Virus record (IMG/VR): IMGVR_UViG_3300026196_000001
DNA length: 64,000 nt
Source: an uncultured virus (IMG/VR IMGVR_UViG_3300026196_000001)
Lineage: Duplodnaviria; Heunggongvirae; Uroviricota; Caudoviricetes
Direction: 5' to 3' (one strand)
Part shown: positions 8,894-19,852 of the stretch, one piece after another
Numbering within the stretch: position 1 is the stretch's first letter
How the letters are laid out: each line of letters opens with the position of its first letter
Notes under the pieces: generated by a model
Told to the model about the DNA's origin: nothing
Seen by the model: the letters and a program-made list of their open reading frames with translations, nothing else
The model's database searches: none
Program-made: the position numbers and the translations under genes

Positions 8894-9298
8894 GTGAGTG
8901 GAGAGGCGAGACTACGGAGGGAGGTGGTGCGACTTCTGAAGTCACTCGACGCCCAGCCGGTGGAGAACATCGTGCGCGCCGGGACCCCGGACGTCGAGTA
9001 TCATGGAGGGTGGATCGAGGTCAAGCGCACGAAGTCCTGGCCTGCACGGCCTGACACTCCTGTGAAGCTGGAGCACGACCTCACTCCCGGCCAGCGCCGA
9101 TGGATCCGCAGACGTGAGCGCGTGGGCGGCACCGTCTGGGTCCTGGTGCAGATCGACAGAGCCTACCTCCTGCTCAAGGGCGGCGACGCTGCCCGCTGGA
9201 TCGGAGAGGCAAACAGACGAGAGCTGATCGCGCACGCCCACAAGGTGTGCCTTGGGCTCGCAGAACTGAGAAGGAACCTGCTTGCATGGGTGAGTTGA
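8894..9298 (+). CDS. PD-(D/E)xK nuclease, VRR-NUC/Holliday junction resolvase-like
   Basis: GTPDV...WIEVK, Q..W....G motif. Confidence 0.8.
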   Translation: MSGEARLRREVVRLLKSLDAQPVENIVRAGTPDVEYHGGWIEVKRTKSWPARPDTPVKLEHDLTPGQRRWIRRRERVGGTVWVLVQIDRAYLLLKGGDAARWIGEANRRELIAHAHKVCLGLAELRRNLLAWVS

Positions 9299-11643
9299 AC
9301 CCCAACTACGACGCATCTCTTGACTTTCTGGAATGGGCCCAGCCGGACGGGCCGTGGGTCCTCGTGGCGATTGCCGTGGACAAGACCGGCATCACGACGC
9401 GGACGTTCTCGGACCGCGAGACTGCGAAGGGCTGGCTCGACGAGGTCGGCAGCACCAACAACATCTACTGGACCGTCAACCGCACCATCCGGCCCATGGC
9501 CAGCAAGCCCGGCCGGAAGGACATCTCGAGCCTGGACTTCCTCCACGTGGACATCGACCCCCGGGTCGGGCACGACCTGGAGGACGAGCAGGCCCTGATC
9601 CTGGAGCGGCTGGAGGACTTCCAGCCCCCACCCAGCGCGGTCGTCTACAGCGGCGGCGGCTATCAGGCCTTCTGGAGGCTCCAGGATCCCCTCAAAATCG
9701 ACGGCGAGGAAGACCTATACGAAGACGCAAAGCGCTACAACTTGCAACTGGAGCGCCTCCTGGGCGGCGACAGCTGCCACAACGTGGACCGCATCATGCG
9801 GCTGCCCGGAACGATCAACTGGCCGGACGAGAAGAAGAAGGCCAAGGGCCGGATCGAGGCCCTGGCCACGGTCATCGGGCAGCTGACCAGCCTGGACTAC
9901 CCGCTCGGCGGCTTCACCCCCGCCCCGCAGCTCCAGAACACCCAGGGCTTCACCAGCAAGACCGTCAAGATCGGCGGCAACGTCCCGCGGACCGAGGACC
10001 TCAGCACCCTGCCGGTGTCGGACCTGTGCAAGGTCGTCATCGCCCAAGGCAAGGACCCGGACGACCCGGACCGCTGGGAGAGCCGGTCGGAGCCCCTGTT
10101 CTGGGTGTGCTGCGAGATGATCCGCGCCGAGATGTCCGACGAGCAGATCTTCGGCATCATCACCGACCCCTGCTGGGAGATCAGCAGCTCGATCGTCGAG
10201 AAGGGCAGCAACGCCCAGACCTACGCGGAGCGCCAGATCGAGCGCGCGCGCGAGGAGGCGGTGAACCCCTGGCTGCGCAAGCTGAACGACGACCACGCCG
10301 TGGCCATCGTCAGCGGCAAGACGCGCGTCATCTCCGAGGCCGAGGACATCCTGGAGGGTGGACGTAGGCGCACGCGCCTGCTCTACCAGTCCTTCGATGA
10401 CTTCCGCAACTTCTACAGCAACCAGTTCATCGAGTTCCTCGGAGGCAAGGACAACGAGACCCTGATCCGCATCCCGGTCGGGAAGTGGTGGCTCGCGCAC
10501 ACCGAGCGACGCACCTACAAGGGCGTCGTCTTCAGCCCTGGCAAGACAGTCAGCGGCTACTACAACCTGTGGAAGGGCTTCGGCGTCGAGGCCATCCCCG
10601 GCGACTGCGGACTGTTCCTCGATCACATCCGAGAGAATATCTGCGACGACAGCCCGGAGGTCTACGACTACCTGATCCGCTGGATGGCGACCGCCGTGCA
10701 GTTCCCTGCTCAGCCTGGGCACGTGGCCGTGGTCATGCGCGGACGGCAGGGCACCGGCAAGGGCGCATTCGCGAACACGTTCGGCAAGCTGTGGGGCAGG
10801 CACTTCCTGGCTGTGCGCGACAGCGAGCACCTGTTCGGGAAGTTCAACGCCCACCTCAAGGACTGCGTCGTCCTGTTCGCCGACGAGGCGTTCTGGGCAG
10901 GTGACAAGAAGCGCGAGGGGATGCTCAAGTCCATGGTGACCGAAGAGCAGATGATGTCCGAGCGCAAGGGCTACGACGCCGAGCTGTCGGCCAACTACAT
11001 CCACCTGATCATGGCGTCGAACGAGGGCTGGGTGGTCCCGGCCGGTGTCGACGACCGCCGCTTCCTCGTGCTGGACGTGAAGGACACGAGGATGCAGGAC
11101 GTGCGCTACTTCGCCGCGATCACCCAGCAGATGGAGAACGGCGGCTACGAGGCGCTGCTCCACCACCTGATGTCGATCGACATCTCGGACTTCAACATCC
11201 GCAAGGTTCCACAGACCGGAGCGCTGCGCGAGCAGAAGATGCTCAGCCTCGCGCCCGAGCAGTCGTGGTGGCACGCCAAGCTGGTCGACGGCCGCGTGTT
11301 CGATGACCAGCCGGTCTGGCCCGACTACATCTTCTGCACCCAGCTCACCTACGACTTCGTCGAGGCCCAGCGGACGTGGGCGCGCAACGCGCACAGTTCA
11401 CAGGTCAAGCTGGGGCTCTTCCTGCGCAAAGCCATCCCGATGATGGTGAAGGAGCAGCTGTGGGGGGAGCACCCGGTCGTGCAGGTCAACGGCGACACGA
11501 AGATGGTCGAGCGTCCCTACATCTACCGCCTCCCGCCGCTGAAGGCGTGTCGCGAGTTCTGGGACAAGACCTTCGGCGGGCCCTATGTGTGGCCCGACAT
11601 TCCGGAGGTCCTCGAAGAAGAACCCACGGAGGAGCCGTTCTAA
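9286..11643 (+). CDS. Primase (RepB-like) fused to SF3/DUF5906 helicase
   Basis: HVDID, SGGGYQAFW, RIMRLPGT; Walker A GRQGTGKG, FADEA, MASN, DDRRF. Confidence 0.9.
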   Translation: MGELNPNYDASLDFLEWAQPDGPWVLVAIAVDKTGITTRTFSDRETAKGWLDEVGSTNNIYWTVNRTIRPMASKPGRKDISSLDFLHVDIDPRVGHDLEDEQALILERLEDFQPPPSAVVYSGGGYQAFWRLQDPLKIDGEEDLYEDAKRYNLQLERLLGGDSCHNVDRIMRLPGTINWPDEKKKAKGRIEALATVIGQLTSLDYPLGGFTPAPQLQNTQGFTSKTVKIGGNVPRTEDLSTLPVSDLCKVVIAQGKDPDDPDRWESRSEPLFWVCCEMIRAEMSDEQIFGIITDPCWEISSSIVEKGSNAQTYAERQIERAREEAVNPWLRKLNDDHAVAIVSGKTRVISEAEDILEGGRRRTRLLYQSFDDFRNFYSNQFIEFLGGKDNETLIRIPVGKWWLAHTERRTYKGVVFSPGKTVSGYYNLWKGFGVEAIPGDCGLFLDHIRENICDDSPEVYDYLIRWMATAVQFPAQPGHVAVVMRGRQGTGKGAFANTFGKLWGRHFLAVRDSEHLFGKFNAHLKDCVVLFADEAFWAGDKKREGMLKSMVTEEQMMSERKGYDAELSANYIHLIMASNEGWVVPAGVDDRRFLVLDVKDTRMQDVRYFAAITQQMENGGYEALLHHLMSIDISDFNIRKVPQTGALREQKMLSLAPEQSWWHAKLVDGRVFDDQPVWPDYIFCTQLTYDFVEAQRTWARNAHSSQVKLGLFLRKAIPMMVKEQLWGEHPVVQVNGDTKMVERPYIYRLPPLKACREFWDKTFGGPYVWPDIPEVLEEEPTEEPF

Positions 11644-11888
11644 TGGAGCGCAAGGTCAGCTATGCGAAGGAGATCACCGCCGAGGCCAAGGCCGGAGACG
11701 GCTGCAAGGCCACGGTGTCAGTGGTGTTTCCAGACGGATCTCGGATCGACGAGCAGCAGGCGATCACGCACACCCAGGCCATGTTCCTGAAGTGGGCTGC
11801 CGCCATGGTTTTCTGCGAAGAAAGTCGGTCACTCCCCGATCTGGAGGGTATCCTTAGAAGACTGCTAGAGCAAGGAGCCACCACATGA
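11643..11888 (+). CDS. Hypothetical protein
   Basis: TAATG coupling. Confidence 0.65.
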   Translation: MERKVSYAKEITAEAKAGDGCKATVSVVFPDGSRIDEQQAITHTQAMFLKWAAAMVFCEESRSLPDLEGILRRLLEQGATT

Positions 11889-12583
11889 CACTCAAGTCTG
11901 TCTACTTCATCGGCGACATCGGAGACCAGAACAACCCGCACATCATCGACGTCGACACTGGCCAAGAGCTGATGCAGGTCGAGTCCGTCACCGTGACGGT
12001 GTCCGCCCGCCGCCCTATGCCGGAAGCACTCATCAAGGTGCAAGGGAAAGCCCCGGTGTTCGTGGGTGTGGTCAAGAACCCCAACCCTGGTAGATCCCCG
12101 CAGTTCCCCAAGACCCCCACTACGCTCAGCAAGGGAGCGGTCATGAGCCATATGATCGTGACCCTGGAGGAGGAGTATGAGCCTACGCAATCAGCGACCA
12201 GAGTCACCGCAACTCTGCGAAAGGCCGGGCAGCCTACCCTGACGTGTGCGCGCATGGTGCCGGACTGGGAGGTGGCAAAGTCGCCGAACATCGACGTCGT
12301 CGAGCAGGTCAGGCATACCGTGCTTCAGGATCTACTTCAGCAGGGAGTCATCAACTCTATGTCGAAGCGGTCACCGGCACAGAAGGTGGGGACCAAGTTT
12401 CAGGCTGGAGGCGCAGTCCCGCTCACTATGGGCCTCGGCAAGACGACCACCCAGAGAGGTCTCGGGGTTATGCCGTCGACCGTCGAAGAGAAGAAGCCGT
12501 GCGAGGAGTGCGGCGGCAGCGGAGAGATTCACTTGTTTTCATCCACCCAGAAGTGCAGCAGCTGCACACCACAAGGAGACTGA
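11885..12583 (+). CDS. Hypothetical protein with C-terminal CxxCxGxG...CxxC zinc finger
   Basis: AGGAG RBS; CEECGGSG...CSSC. Confidence 0.7.
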   Translation: MTLKSVYFIGDIGDQNNPHIIDVDTGQELMQVESVTVTVSARRPMPEALIKVQGKAPVFVGVVKNPNPGRSPQFPKTPTTLSKGAVMSHMIVTLEEEYEPTQSATRVTATLRKAGQPTLTCARMVPDWEVAKSPNIDVVEQVRHTVLQDLLQQGVINSMSKRSPAQKVGTKFQAGGAVPLTMGLGKTTTQRGLGVMPSTVEEKKPCEECGGSGEIHLFSSTQKCSSCTPQGD

Positions 12584-12584
12584 C

Positions 12585-13073
12585 ATGCACGAGAAGACCA
12601 AAGAGGCGCTGGAGAGTATCGGCGCATCGTTTGCCTGCACGACCGGAAAGATCGGGAGGGCAGACCGCTTCATGCGGAAGATCCAGGAGAACCTGCCGAG
12701 CGAGAAGTCGCGCAGCGAGCTGGGGCTGAAGTCCTACTACACGTTCGAGAACGACTTCGGGGAGCCGACCATCGTGCTGTGGCAGGCTTCCGAGATCGCC
12801 GAGATCGGCCCGTTCATGCGCGCAGTGCGCTATGCCGGGTTCCGTCGATCCAGCAAGACGGAGGACCCGGCCCACAGGAACATCGACTGGATCTACGCTA
12901 TCGACGACGACGGGGAGGAGATCACCGCCCGTGTCCGGATCTACCTCGAACAGTCCTCAGAGGCGAAGTGCCGTTACGTCGAGACCGGAAAGAAGGAGGT
13001 CCCCGTCATGACGCTGCTGTGCGGCGACGAGCTGGAGGCCTACGAGAACGCGCACGAAGAGACCACAACCTAG
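12585..13073 (+). CDS. Hypothetical protein
   Basis: AAGGAG RBS before ATG. Confidence 0.75.
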   Translation: MHEKTKEALESIGASFACTTGKIGRADRFMRKIQENLPSEKSRSELGLKSYYTFENDFGEPTIVLWQASEIAEIGPFMRAVRYAGFRRSSKTEDPAHRNIDWIYAIDDDGEEITARVRIYLEQSSEAKCRYVETGKKEVPVMTLLCGDELEAYENAHEETTT

Positions 13074-13079
13074 CCGATC

Positions 13080-13436
13080 ATGATCTCCACCTACATGCTC
13101 ATCGCTGTCGCAATCATCTTCGTCGTGGCCCTGGTAGTCATCTACTTCGTGTCAGGGCACAGCTCGAACATCACCATCGAAGAGAGGGACGACGAGGACG
13201 TCCTGTTCGTCGGTGGCCCGTCCGGGCCTGGGCAGCTCCACACGATCCCGAAGGGCTCCGACGCCTGGAGCATCGACGGCCACATCCTGTTCGTCCGGGG
13301 GCGGAAGTGGGTGCTGCTGGGCAGGGGAGTCTACGAGATCGTCACGTTCTTCTACCCGGAAGGGTTGAGCGAGGACGACCACTTCCTGAAGGTCCTGGAA
13401 TACCGAGGAATCCCCTACGAGGTCATCGACTCATGA
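13080..13436 (+). CDS. Membrane-anchored hypothetical protein
   Basis: N-terminal TM helix. Confidence 0.7.
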   Translation: MISTYMLIAVAIIFVVALVVIYFVSGHSSNITIEERDDEDVLFVGGPSGPGQLHTIPKGSDAWSIDGHILFVRGRKWVLLGRGVYEIVTFFYPEGLSEDDHFLKVLEYRGIPYEVIDS

Positions 13437-13888
13437 GCCACACCAACAAGGACACCAACCCGAAGGACGCTGTCGGCTCGAAGAAGGTGCCGATGTCACG
13501 CGTCCCAGTCGCCCCGCTCCTGGAGGTTGCTGCCTCCTTGCACGAAGGGCACGTCAAGGGCTACCGCGGCCACAACTGGCGCATCGCCGGAGTCCGGGCC
13601 TCGATCTACTACGACGCCGCCCACAGGCACCTGATGGCGTGGTGGGAGGGCCAGGACATCGACCCCGACAGTGGGCTCTCACACATCTCGAAGGCCATCG
13701 CTGGGCTCTTCGTCCTGCGCGACGCCATGATCCACGACAACTGGACCGACGACCGTCCGCCCAAGACTCCGGAGGAGTTCCTGGCCGAGATCCAAGCGGC
13801 CATGGACGAAGTCAATCGCCGCTACCCCAACCCCGAAGAGGGGCCATACACGGAGGTGAACGATGGTAAATCCGCTCAGGGTCGGTGA
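13433..13888 (+). CDS. dATP/dGTP diphosphohydrolase domain protein (DUF5664)
   Basis: TNPKDAVGSKK, G..KGY..HNWR, YYDAAHRHL.AWW.G.D.DPDSGLSH. Confidence 0.88.
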   Translation: MSHTNKDTNPKDAVGSKKVPMSRVPVAPLLEVAASLHEGHVKGYRGHNWRIAGVRASIYYDAAHRHLMAWWEGQDIDPDSGLSHISKAIAGLFVLRDAMIHDNWTDDRPPKTPEEFLAEIQAAMDEVNRRYPNPEEGPYTEVNDGKSAQGR

Positions 13889-14059
13889 CCGAGTCGTCAT
13901 CGCCATCCCGACCCCGCGTCCACCCGCCCGTGCCCGCGTGGGCACGGTCATCGAGCTGAGGAACTACAACGCCCTCGCTGTTGTCCGGTGGGACGATCGC
14001 GACTACCTCGGCTTCCAAGTTTCCACCAAGACCGTAGATGTTCTGCGAAAGGTAGCATC

Positions 14060-14467
14060 ATGAACGAAGACCCCTCAACCACTCCTCACACCGCCTACCT
14101 AGCTGGGCCCATGCGGGGAAAACCGCTCTACAACTTCCAGCTGTTCGCCGTCGCAGCCATGGAGATGCGCTCCCGCGGCATCTTCATCTACAGTCCGGCG
14201 GAGCGGGACTTGGCCTCGGGGTTCCAGCCGCACCTACCACTGGATCACCCTGACCAGAAGTTCGACCTGCACGAGGCGTTCGACTGGGACTTCCGTGCGA
14301 TCCAGGAGGCCGATGCAGTCATCCTCCTGCCCGGCTGGGAGGACAGCGACGGCACCAAGCGTGAGATCATCCTCGCCCAGACTCTGGGGAAGGACATCTT
14401 CCAATACTACTACAACAACAGGCTGAAGCTGGTGATCCCCAAGCTGATCGTGAGCGTGGCAACATGA
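14060..14467 (+). CDS. Nucleoside 2-deoxyribosyltransferase-like protein (DUF4406)
   Basis: YLAGPMRG...YNF, SPAE, DAVILLPGWEDS.G...E. Confidence 0.85.
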   Translation: MNEDPSTTPHTAYLAGPMRGKPLYNFQLFAVAAMEMRSRGIFIYSPAERDLASGFQPHLPLDHPDQKFDLHEAFDWDFRAIQEADAVILLPGWEDSDGTKREIILAQTLGKDIFQYYYNNRLKLVIPKLIVSVAT

Positions 14468-17466
14468 GCGACGGACCATACTACACCTATGACCCAGAGC
14501 AGCGGCTGTTTGAGTCATCGAAGGTGCGGAGGGCAAAACTGAACCCGATCATGAAGCTCCACTACGCAGACCTCAAGGACTGCTGCTGGGACACGCTGGA
14601 GGGTTGCGTCAAGTCCATGCGCAAGATGCTGGCCCGGAAGATGCACCTGCTCATCGACGTGCTGACTGAGACCAAGCGGGAGCAGGTCATGCTGGAGCTG
14701 GTTAGCACCTGCGACGGCTGCGAAGACGTTCTCTACGAGGCCGACATGCAGGAGTGGGAGTCCATCAACGGGCGCGTCACGCTCTACCTCTGCGAACACT
14801 GCCACACCTACCGCCAGGAGAACCCCCACTGATGGACCGAGCCGAACAACTGACCCGTGAGCTGTATCTCGTCCACGCCAGCGGCGAGCACTCCGTCGCC
14901 TACGCCGTTGCCCGCATCATCGCCCTGGAGGAGGCCCTCCAAGCCGTGCAGGACAGCCACGTGGACGGGGTCATCGAGCTGGAGCCGGAGCTGGAGGCGG
15001 AGATCGAGAAGCTACTGCCGGATCAGGAGAAATCGTGACACCCGAAGAGAAGTATGATATACTACGTCGTGCGATTGAGAACTACCTCGATCGCCCAGGG
15101 TGCAACAACGCCCAACGGAAGTTGGCCCTGGAGAAGCTGAAGTGGGCTTTGGAGCAAACGAAATGAAACTCTACCTCGTGAACAAGCACCTCGGTGACAG
15201 CTGGTTCAATGTCTGGGTGGGCACCCAGACGGAGGCCCTCAAGGAGGCCAAGAAGGGCGACACCGTCGTCGTGGTCTACACCGAGGGCACGAAGGCCTCG
15301 GGCATCGAGCTGCTCAACAACAGCACCATCCATCACTCGAATCTCGGGGAACTGAAGGGCGTGCGTCTCGTCGAACGCGTCTGGCCGAAGGGGTTGAGGC
15401 GATGAGGCGGCGGCGGCGGAAGAAGCCGGAGCCAGCTCCCCCTGGCAAGTATCTGCGCTCCTCGGGCGGTGTGCCTGCGCGCATCGTCAAGACCAGCAAG
15501 CGCAGCGAGAACGACAAGTGGCTCTACCGCCTGGACTACGGCAACGTGACGGGCAACGGAACCTGGACCCTGGACCAGCTCCTCGGCGCGAAAGTCAAGT
15601 TCCTGAAGCGTCGCCCCAGCGACCTACCACGGAGGGAATCGAAGTGACACCAGAAGAAGTTGACAGCCGCATCAAGGCCATGCTCCTCGCGCACAACGTG
15701 AACCCGGAGGACTTCCCGCGCTTCGACGCCACTCCGGACAACGGTGCTGGCATCCCGCCAGGGACCTACGCGCTTGGGGCCAATGGCCGCTATCAGATCG
15801 AGACCTACTGCTGTGCCATGCGCAAGCACTTCTACCTCGGCATCGTGGGCACGCGCCCGGGAGCGGATGCCCCGGCCGAGGCGGTGAACTTCATTCACTC
15901 CTGGGAGCCCGGCAAGCAGATCGTCTACACCATCAAGTTCTGTCCGTTCTGTGGCACGGAGCTGACGGACGACCAGACCAGGATCGCCCGATGAGGAAGG
16001 CCTGGATCTACAGGAACGACCCGCGCTGGAAGGAGCTGCGCCTTGCGCGGCTCAAGCGTGGGCTAAGATTTGCAGAGCAGCTCGGCGACATGGTAGTCTG
16101 CCGGATCATCACGAAGGAGATTCGCCGTGTTCTGCTCCAAGACTAGATACGCCACCGAGCGGGAGGCTGCCCTGAAGTGCAGCCGCGTGGCCGCACTGAA
16201 TGGCCACGACATGCGGCACTACCACTGCAAGCGTTGCGGAGGCTGGCACCTCACGTCAGACGAGAACAAGATCCTGCCGTGGCGTAGGATCTGCCACTGG
16301 CACTTCGTCGCGAAGTGCAGCACCGGCGGAAAATACGAAGTTCGTCGCGACCGCGAGACGCGCAGGTGGTATGCTTATCTACCGGACGGGCAGAAGGCCG
16401 GTCCATTTCACAGCCTAGGCCTTGCTCGTCAGTGGGTGGACGCGTTGACGTTCCTCCCGGAAGACAAGTGGGACGCAGAAATCGAGAGGGTTAGCAAATG
16501 AACGAGACCGAGACCAAGACACCGAAGCCGAGAGTCTACGAGGCCGTCCGCGTAGCATTGGGCAGTGGACCGAGCCACGTGTATCGTGTGGTCGTGAACC
16601 ACAGACTCGTCATCGTGGAGAGTCGCCGCATCGACGCGCTCGGAGGCGAGAGCTGGACAAGAGTCCAGTCGCAGGACGAGATCCTGGAGGTCCTCCAGGA
16701 GTCTGTCAGGGTGATGTCCCGTGGGTGATCCCTGGTTCCGTGGCGTCGGTGATGACGTCCTCTTCTACAAGTCCTACGATGAGATCGAACACCCGGAAGA
16801 TCCGTTCCAGCTCATCATGATTGCCCAAAGGGGCTTCGGGCAACTGAGGGCGATCCTCTCGTTCGATGACCAGGAGACCAGGGATGCGGTCTTCCTGGAG
16901 GATGGGTGCGCAGACAAGCTCCGCGAGCAAATCGCAGAAATCGAGGCACTGTTCGATGACGAATGACAAGCTACGCAAGTTCCTGTCCAACGCACCCGTG
17001 CGGCGAGGCTGCTCGATCTGCGCGAACGAAGAGCTGACGGCTACCATCGACGCGCATCTGGACATGCTCCGCGACGGCGAGACCTCGATCTCGCTGTCCT
17101 ATGTCCACGAGCACTTCATCATCCCCGAGTTCGGAAAGCCACTCAGCTACGACACCATCCGTGCTCACGTCCGTCGCTGCCTCAAGCGCGCCCCTGCAAC
17201 CGGGGAGAGCCTGTGAAATGAACTACACGGTCAAGCTAATACAGGACGTCGAGATCCGGCCGGGCGACAAGTTCCGCTCGACCTTGAAGGACCATACGCA
17301 CGTTGTGGTGAAGCTGGTCGCTGTGCCCATGGAGAACGGTGACTACACGATGACGGCCTGCCGCTGGATCCTGGTCTCTGAGGACCGAGGATCACCTACA
17401 TGGGATAACAAGTTCCATGCAACGCCGCAAGACGCACTGGGTGTCGGCAAGTGGGAGAAGGTATGA
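14464..17466 (+). other. Run of about 12 short, translationally coupled hypothetical genes, several with Zn-binding Cys motifs
   Basis: E.g. 14464-14832, 15402-15647, 15644-15994 (CC...CPFCG), 16127-16501 (YHCKRCGGWHLT), 16498-16728, 16721-16966, 16956-17216 (CSIC...H...C). Confidence 0.7.
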
Positions 17467-18767
17467 GCAAGAAGAAACTCGATGAGTTCCTGGCTGCACC
17501 TGAGCAGCTGAAGAAAAACAAGACCGAGCTGAAGAAGGCGCGCGACCGCAAGGCGCGAGAATCGGCTCGAAGGGCGCGAGAGTCAGCCCACAAGAGCACC
17601 GACGCCCCGACCATCGAGGACATGCTCGCCGACATCGTGCGGGTAGCAGAGGACGAGCAGACCAACCCCTGGGCAGAGTTCCGCGCGATCAGCCCACGCC
17701 GCTACGAGCTGTATGGGCACTACCCCATGGAGTTCCTGGTCAAGCAGTTCGGCCAGTTCAACCACGCCCTGGAGGTGGCGGGCCTCCGCGACCAGCCGGG
17801 CACCCGCCTGCTGAAGGCCAACCGAGCCCGAGAGAGCAGGCGCGAGCACGCGGCGCGATACATGGAGCGCTACGTCGCCCCCTATGTGGCCCGCCGTGAC
17901 GAGATCCGCGACCTCGTGGGCCGGTCCTACCGGATCCTGTCGATCAGCGACACGCACTCGACCCTGATGGACCCCTTCGTCTGGCTCAGCTTCCTGTCCG
18001 CGGTCCGCGAGCTTCAGCCCGACGCGGTGCTGATGAACGGCGACACCCTGGACCTCGTGAGCCTGGGCCGTCACCCCAAGGTCCCTGGCCACGTGCCCGA
18101 CCTCCAGCTGGAGCTGGACTTCAAGCGCGAGATGTTCCGGCAGGTCCGGAAGGTCCACCATGGAGCCCTGTTCGACTGCGCCGGGAACCACGATCTGGCG
18201 GTCCGGCTGAGCAGCCACCTGACCCAGGTCGATCCAGCCCTCTCCACGCTGCGCTGCTTGCGCGTGGACGAGCTTCTGGGGCTGGGGCGACACGATGTCC
18301 AGCTCTTCCACGGAGGCAGCCTGATGTCCCCTGCGGGCTCTGAGAACGAGAAGGACGGCACCCTGCTGTTCGGCTTCTACCGGATACACCACGGGACCAA
18401 GCTGGGGCAGTCCCCGGCCCTGGCCGAGCTGCGCGCCGCCGGTCGCTCCGGGCAATCCGGCCACGTCCACCGGGCCTCCCTAGCCTACGGCACCACCGAG
18501 CGGGACGAGGGCATGAGCTGGATGAGCACGCCCATGGGGGCCCGTCACGAGGTCGGCAAGTTCTACATCCGTGGGACAACTGCTGGCTGGCAGCGCGGCT
18601 TCGGCTACTGCGAGCTGTTCCCGGATGGATCCGTCCACCAGTATCCGTGCGTGGTCGGCGGGGAGCGCCTCACCTGCGAGGGCTTCTCCTGGACGCGCCC
18701 AGACGATCTTCTCGACCCTGACCCCATGACCAACTGGCTCCTTGACAAGAGGTATCAACTGAAATGA
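17463..18767 (+). CDS. Calcineurin-like metallophosphoesterase with N-terminal HNH-associated-repeat-like domain
   Basis: SDTH, GD.LD, GNHD, HHG, GHVHR; N-terminal FGQFNHALEVAGL. Confidence 0.88.
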   Translation: MSKKKLDEFLAAPEQLKKNKTELKKARDRKARESARRARESAHKSTDAPTIEDMLADIVRVAEDEQTNPWAEFRAISPRRYELYGHYPMEFLVKQFGQFNHALEVAGLRDQPGTRLLKANRARESRREHAARYMERYVAPYVARRDEIRDLVGRSYRILSISDTHSTLMDPFVWLSFLSAVRELQPDAVLMNGDTLDLVSLGRHPKVPGHVPDLQLELDFKREMFRQVRKVHHGALFDCAGNHDLAVRLSSHLTQVDPALSTLRCLRVDELLGLGRHDVQLFHGGSLMSPAGSENEKDGTLLFGFYRIHHGTKLGQSPALAELRAAGRSGQSGHVHRASLAYGTTERDEGMSWMSTPMGARHEVGKFYIRGTTAGWQRGFGYCELFPDGSVHQYPCVVGGERLTCEGFSWTRPDDLLDPDPMTNWLLDKRYQLK

Positions 18768-19321
18768 GCGACTTCCTCAACAACGGGATCTGCCCGAAGA
18801 CACGGCGGATCTTCCTCTATGGTGACGTCGAGGAAGAGGCCGTAGGCAAGGCCATCCGCGGCATCTACGCCATGCTCGCGACGGACAAGAACGCACCCAT
18901 CACGATCTTCGTCAGCAGCTACGGCGGGTCGCTGGACGACGCCATGGCCCTGGTCGACGTGGTGCGCTTAGCCTCCTGCCCGATCCGGACAGTCGCGCTC
19001 GGGAAGTGCATGAGCGCTGCCCCGCTGATCGTCGCCGCCGGAACCGGGGGCCGCTACGCCATGCCCAACACCATGTGGATGCTGCACGATGTGTCGCAGA
19101 ACGTGGGCGAGGGCAGCCCCGCCTTCCTGTCCAGCATGGCCAAGGCCGGGAAGAGCATCGTGGCCCGCTACGCCTCCCTGCTCGGGCAGTGGACGGATCG
19201 CGAGGAGTCATTCTGGAAGGGCATCTTCCGGTCGAAGTCCGACCGGTTCTTCACGTCCGACGACGCCCTCGACTGGGGCATCGTGGACGAGGTCTTCGAG
19301 GAAGAGGAGGAGGAGGAGTGA
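18764..19321 (+). CDS. clpP: ClpP-family serine protease
   Basis: RRIFLYG, SYGG, GKCMSAA (Ser), MLHD (His), DRFF (Asp), ALDWGIVDEV. Confidence 0.9.
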   Translation: MSDFLNNGICPKTRRIFLYGDVEEEAVGKAIRGIYAMLATDKNAPITIFVSSYGGSLDDAMALVDVVRLASCPIRTVALGKCMSAAPLIVAAGTGGRYAMPNTMWMLHDVSQNVGEGSPAFLSSMAKAGKSIVARYASLLGQWTDREESFWKGIFRSKSDRFFTSDDALDWGIVDEVFEEEEEEE

Positions 19322-19852
19322 GCGTCAAACCAATCAATAGGGCCACAGCCGAAGCCCTCGGCTATGAGGTCGTTCGTGGGTCGGAGTGGACTGCCCAGAA
19401 GTGGGTCAGCAACGTGGATCATGTTGTGTATGTGATCCGCAGCGACCGCGAGGATGAGGCGTTGAAGAAGGTCGCCGCCCTGGAGGCCGAGCTAGAACTC
19501 CAGAAGGGGATTGTGCGTCGTCGAGACGAAGCGATCGCAGACCTCAAAGAACATATCGGAGAACTACTAGAGAGCCGCGAGTCCGAGATGCCCGAGCAAT
19601 GCCCCCGCTGTGACACGGGCGGCCAAAACCCGGATGGCTCATGGATTGGCGGGCCGTGCCACTGCGAGGAAGGGGAAGACGAATGAGGAAATACGAAATC
19701 GTGGCTGAGTATCATGTCACCAAGATCCTGACCGTGGAGGTCAAGGAGGGCGGTGACCCAAGTAACGCGGCCGACTGGGCCCGGATCGTTCACGAGGACG
19801 ACAGCGACTGTCGCCTCTGGAATGTCCTATCATACGAGGAGAACTACGACGA

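Noticed and set aside
13433..13888. Z-genome or 7-deazaguanine system
   Set aside because: No purZ, dpdA or que genes in the window; DUF5664 alone is insufficient
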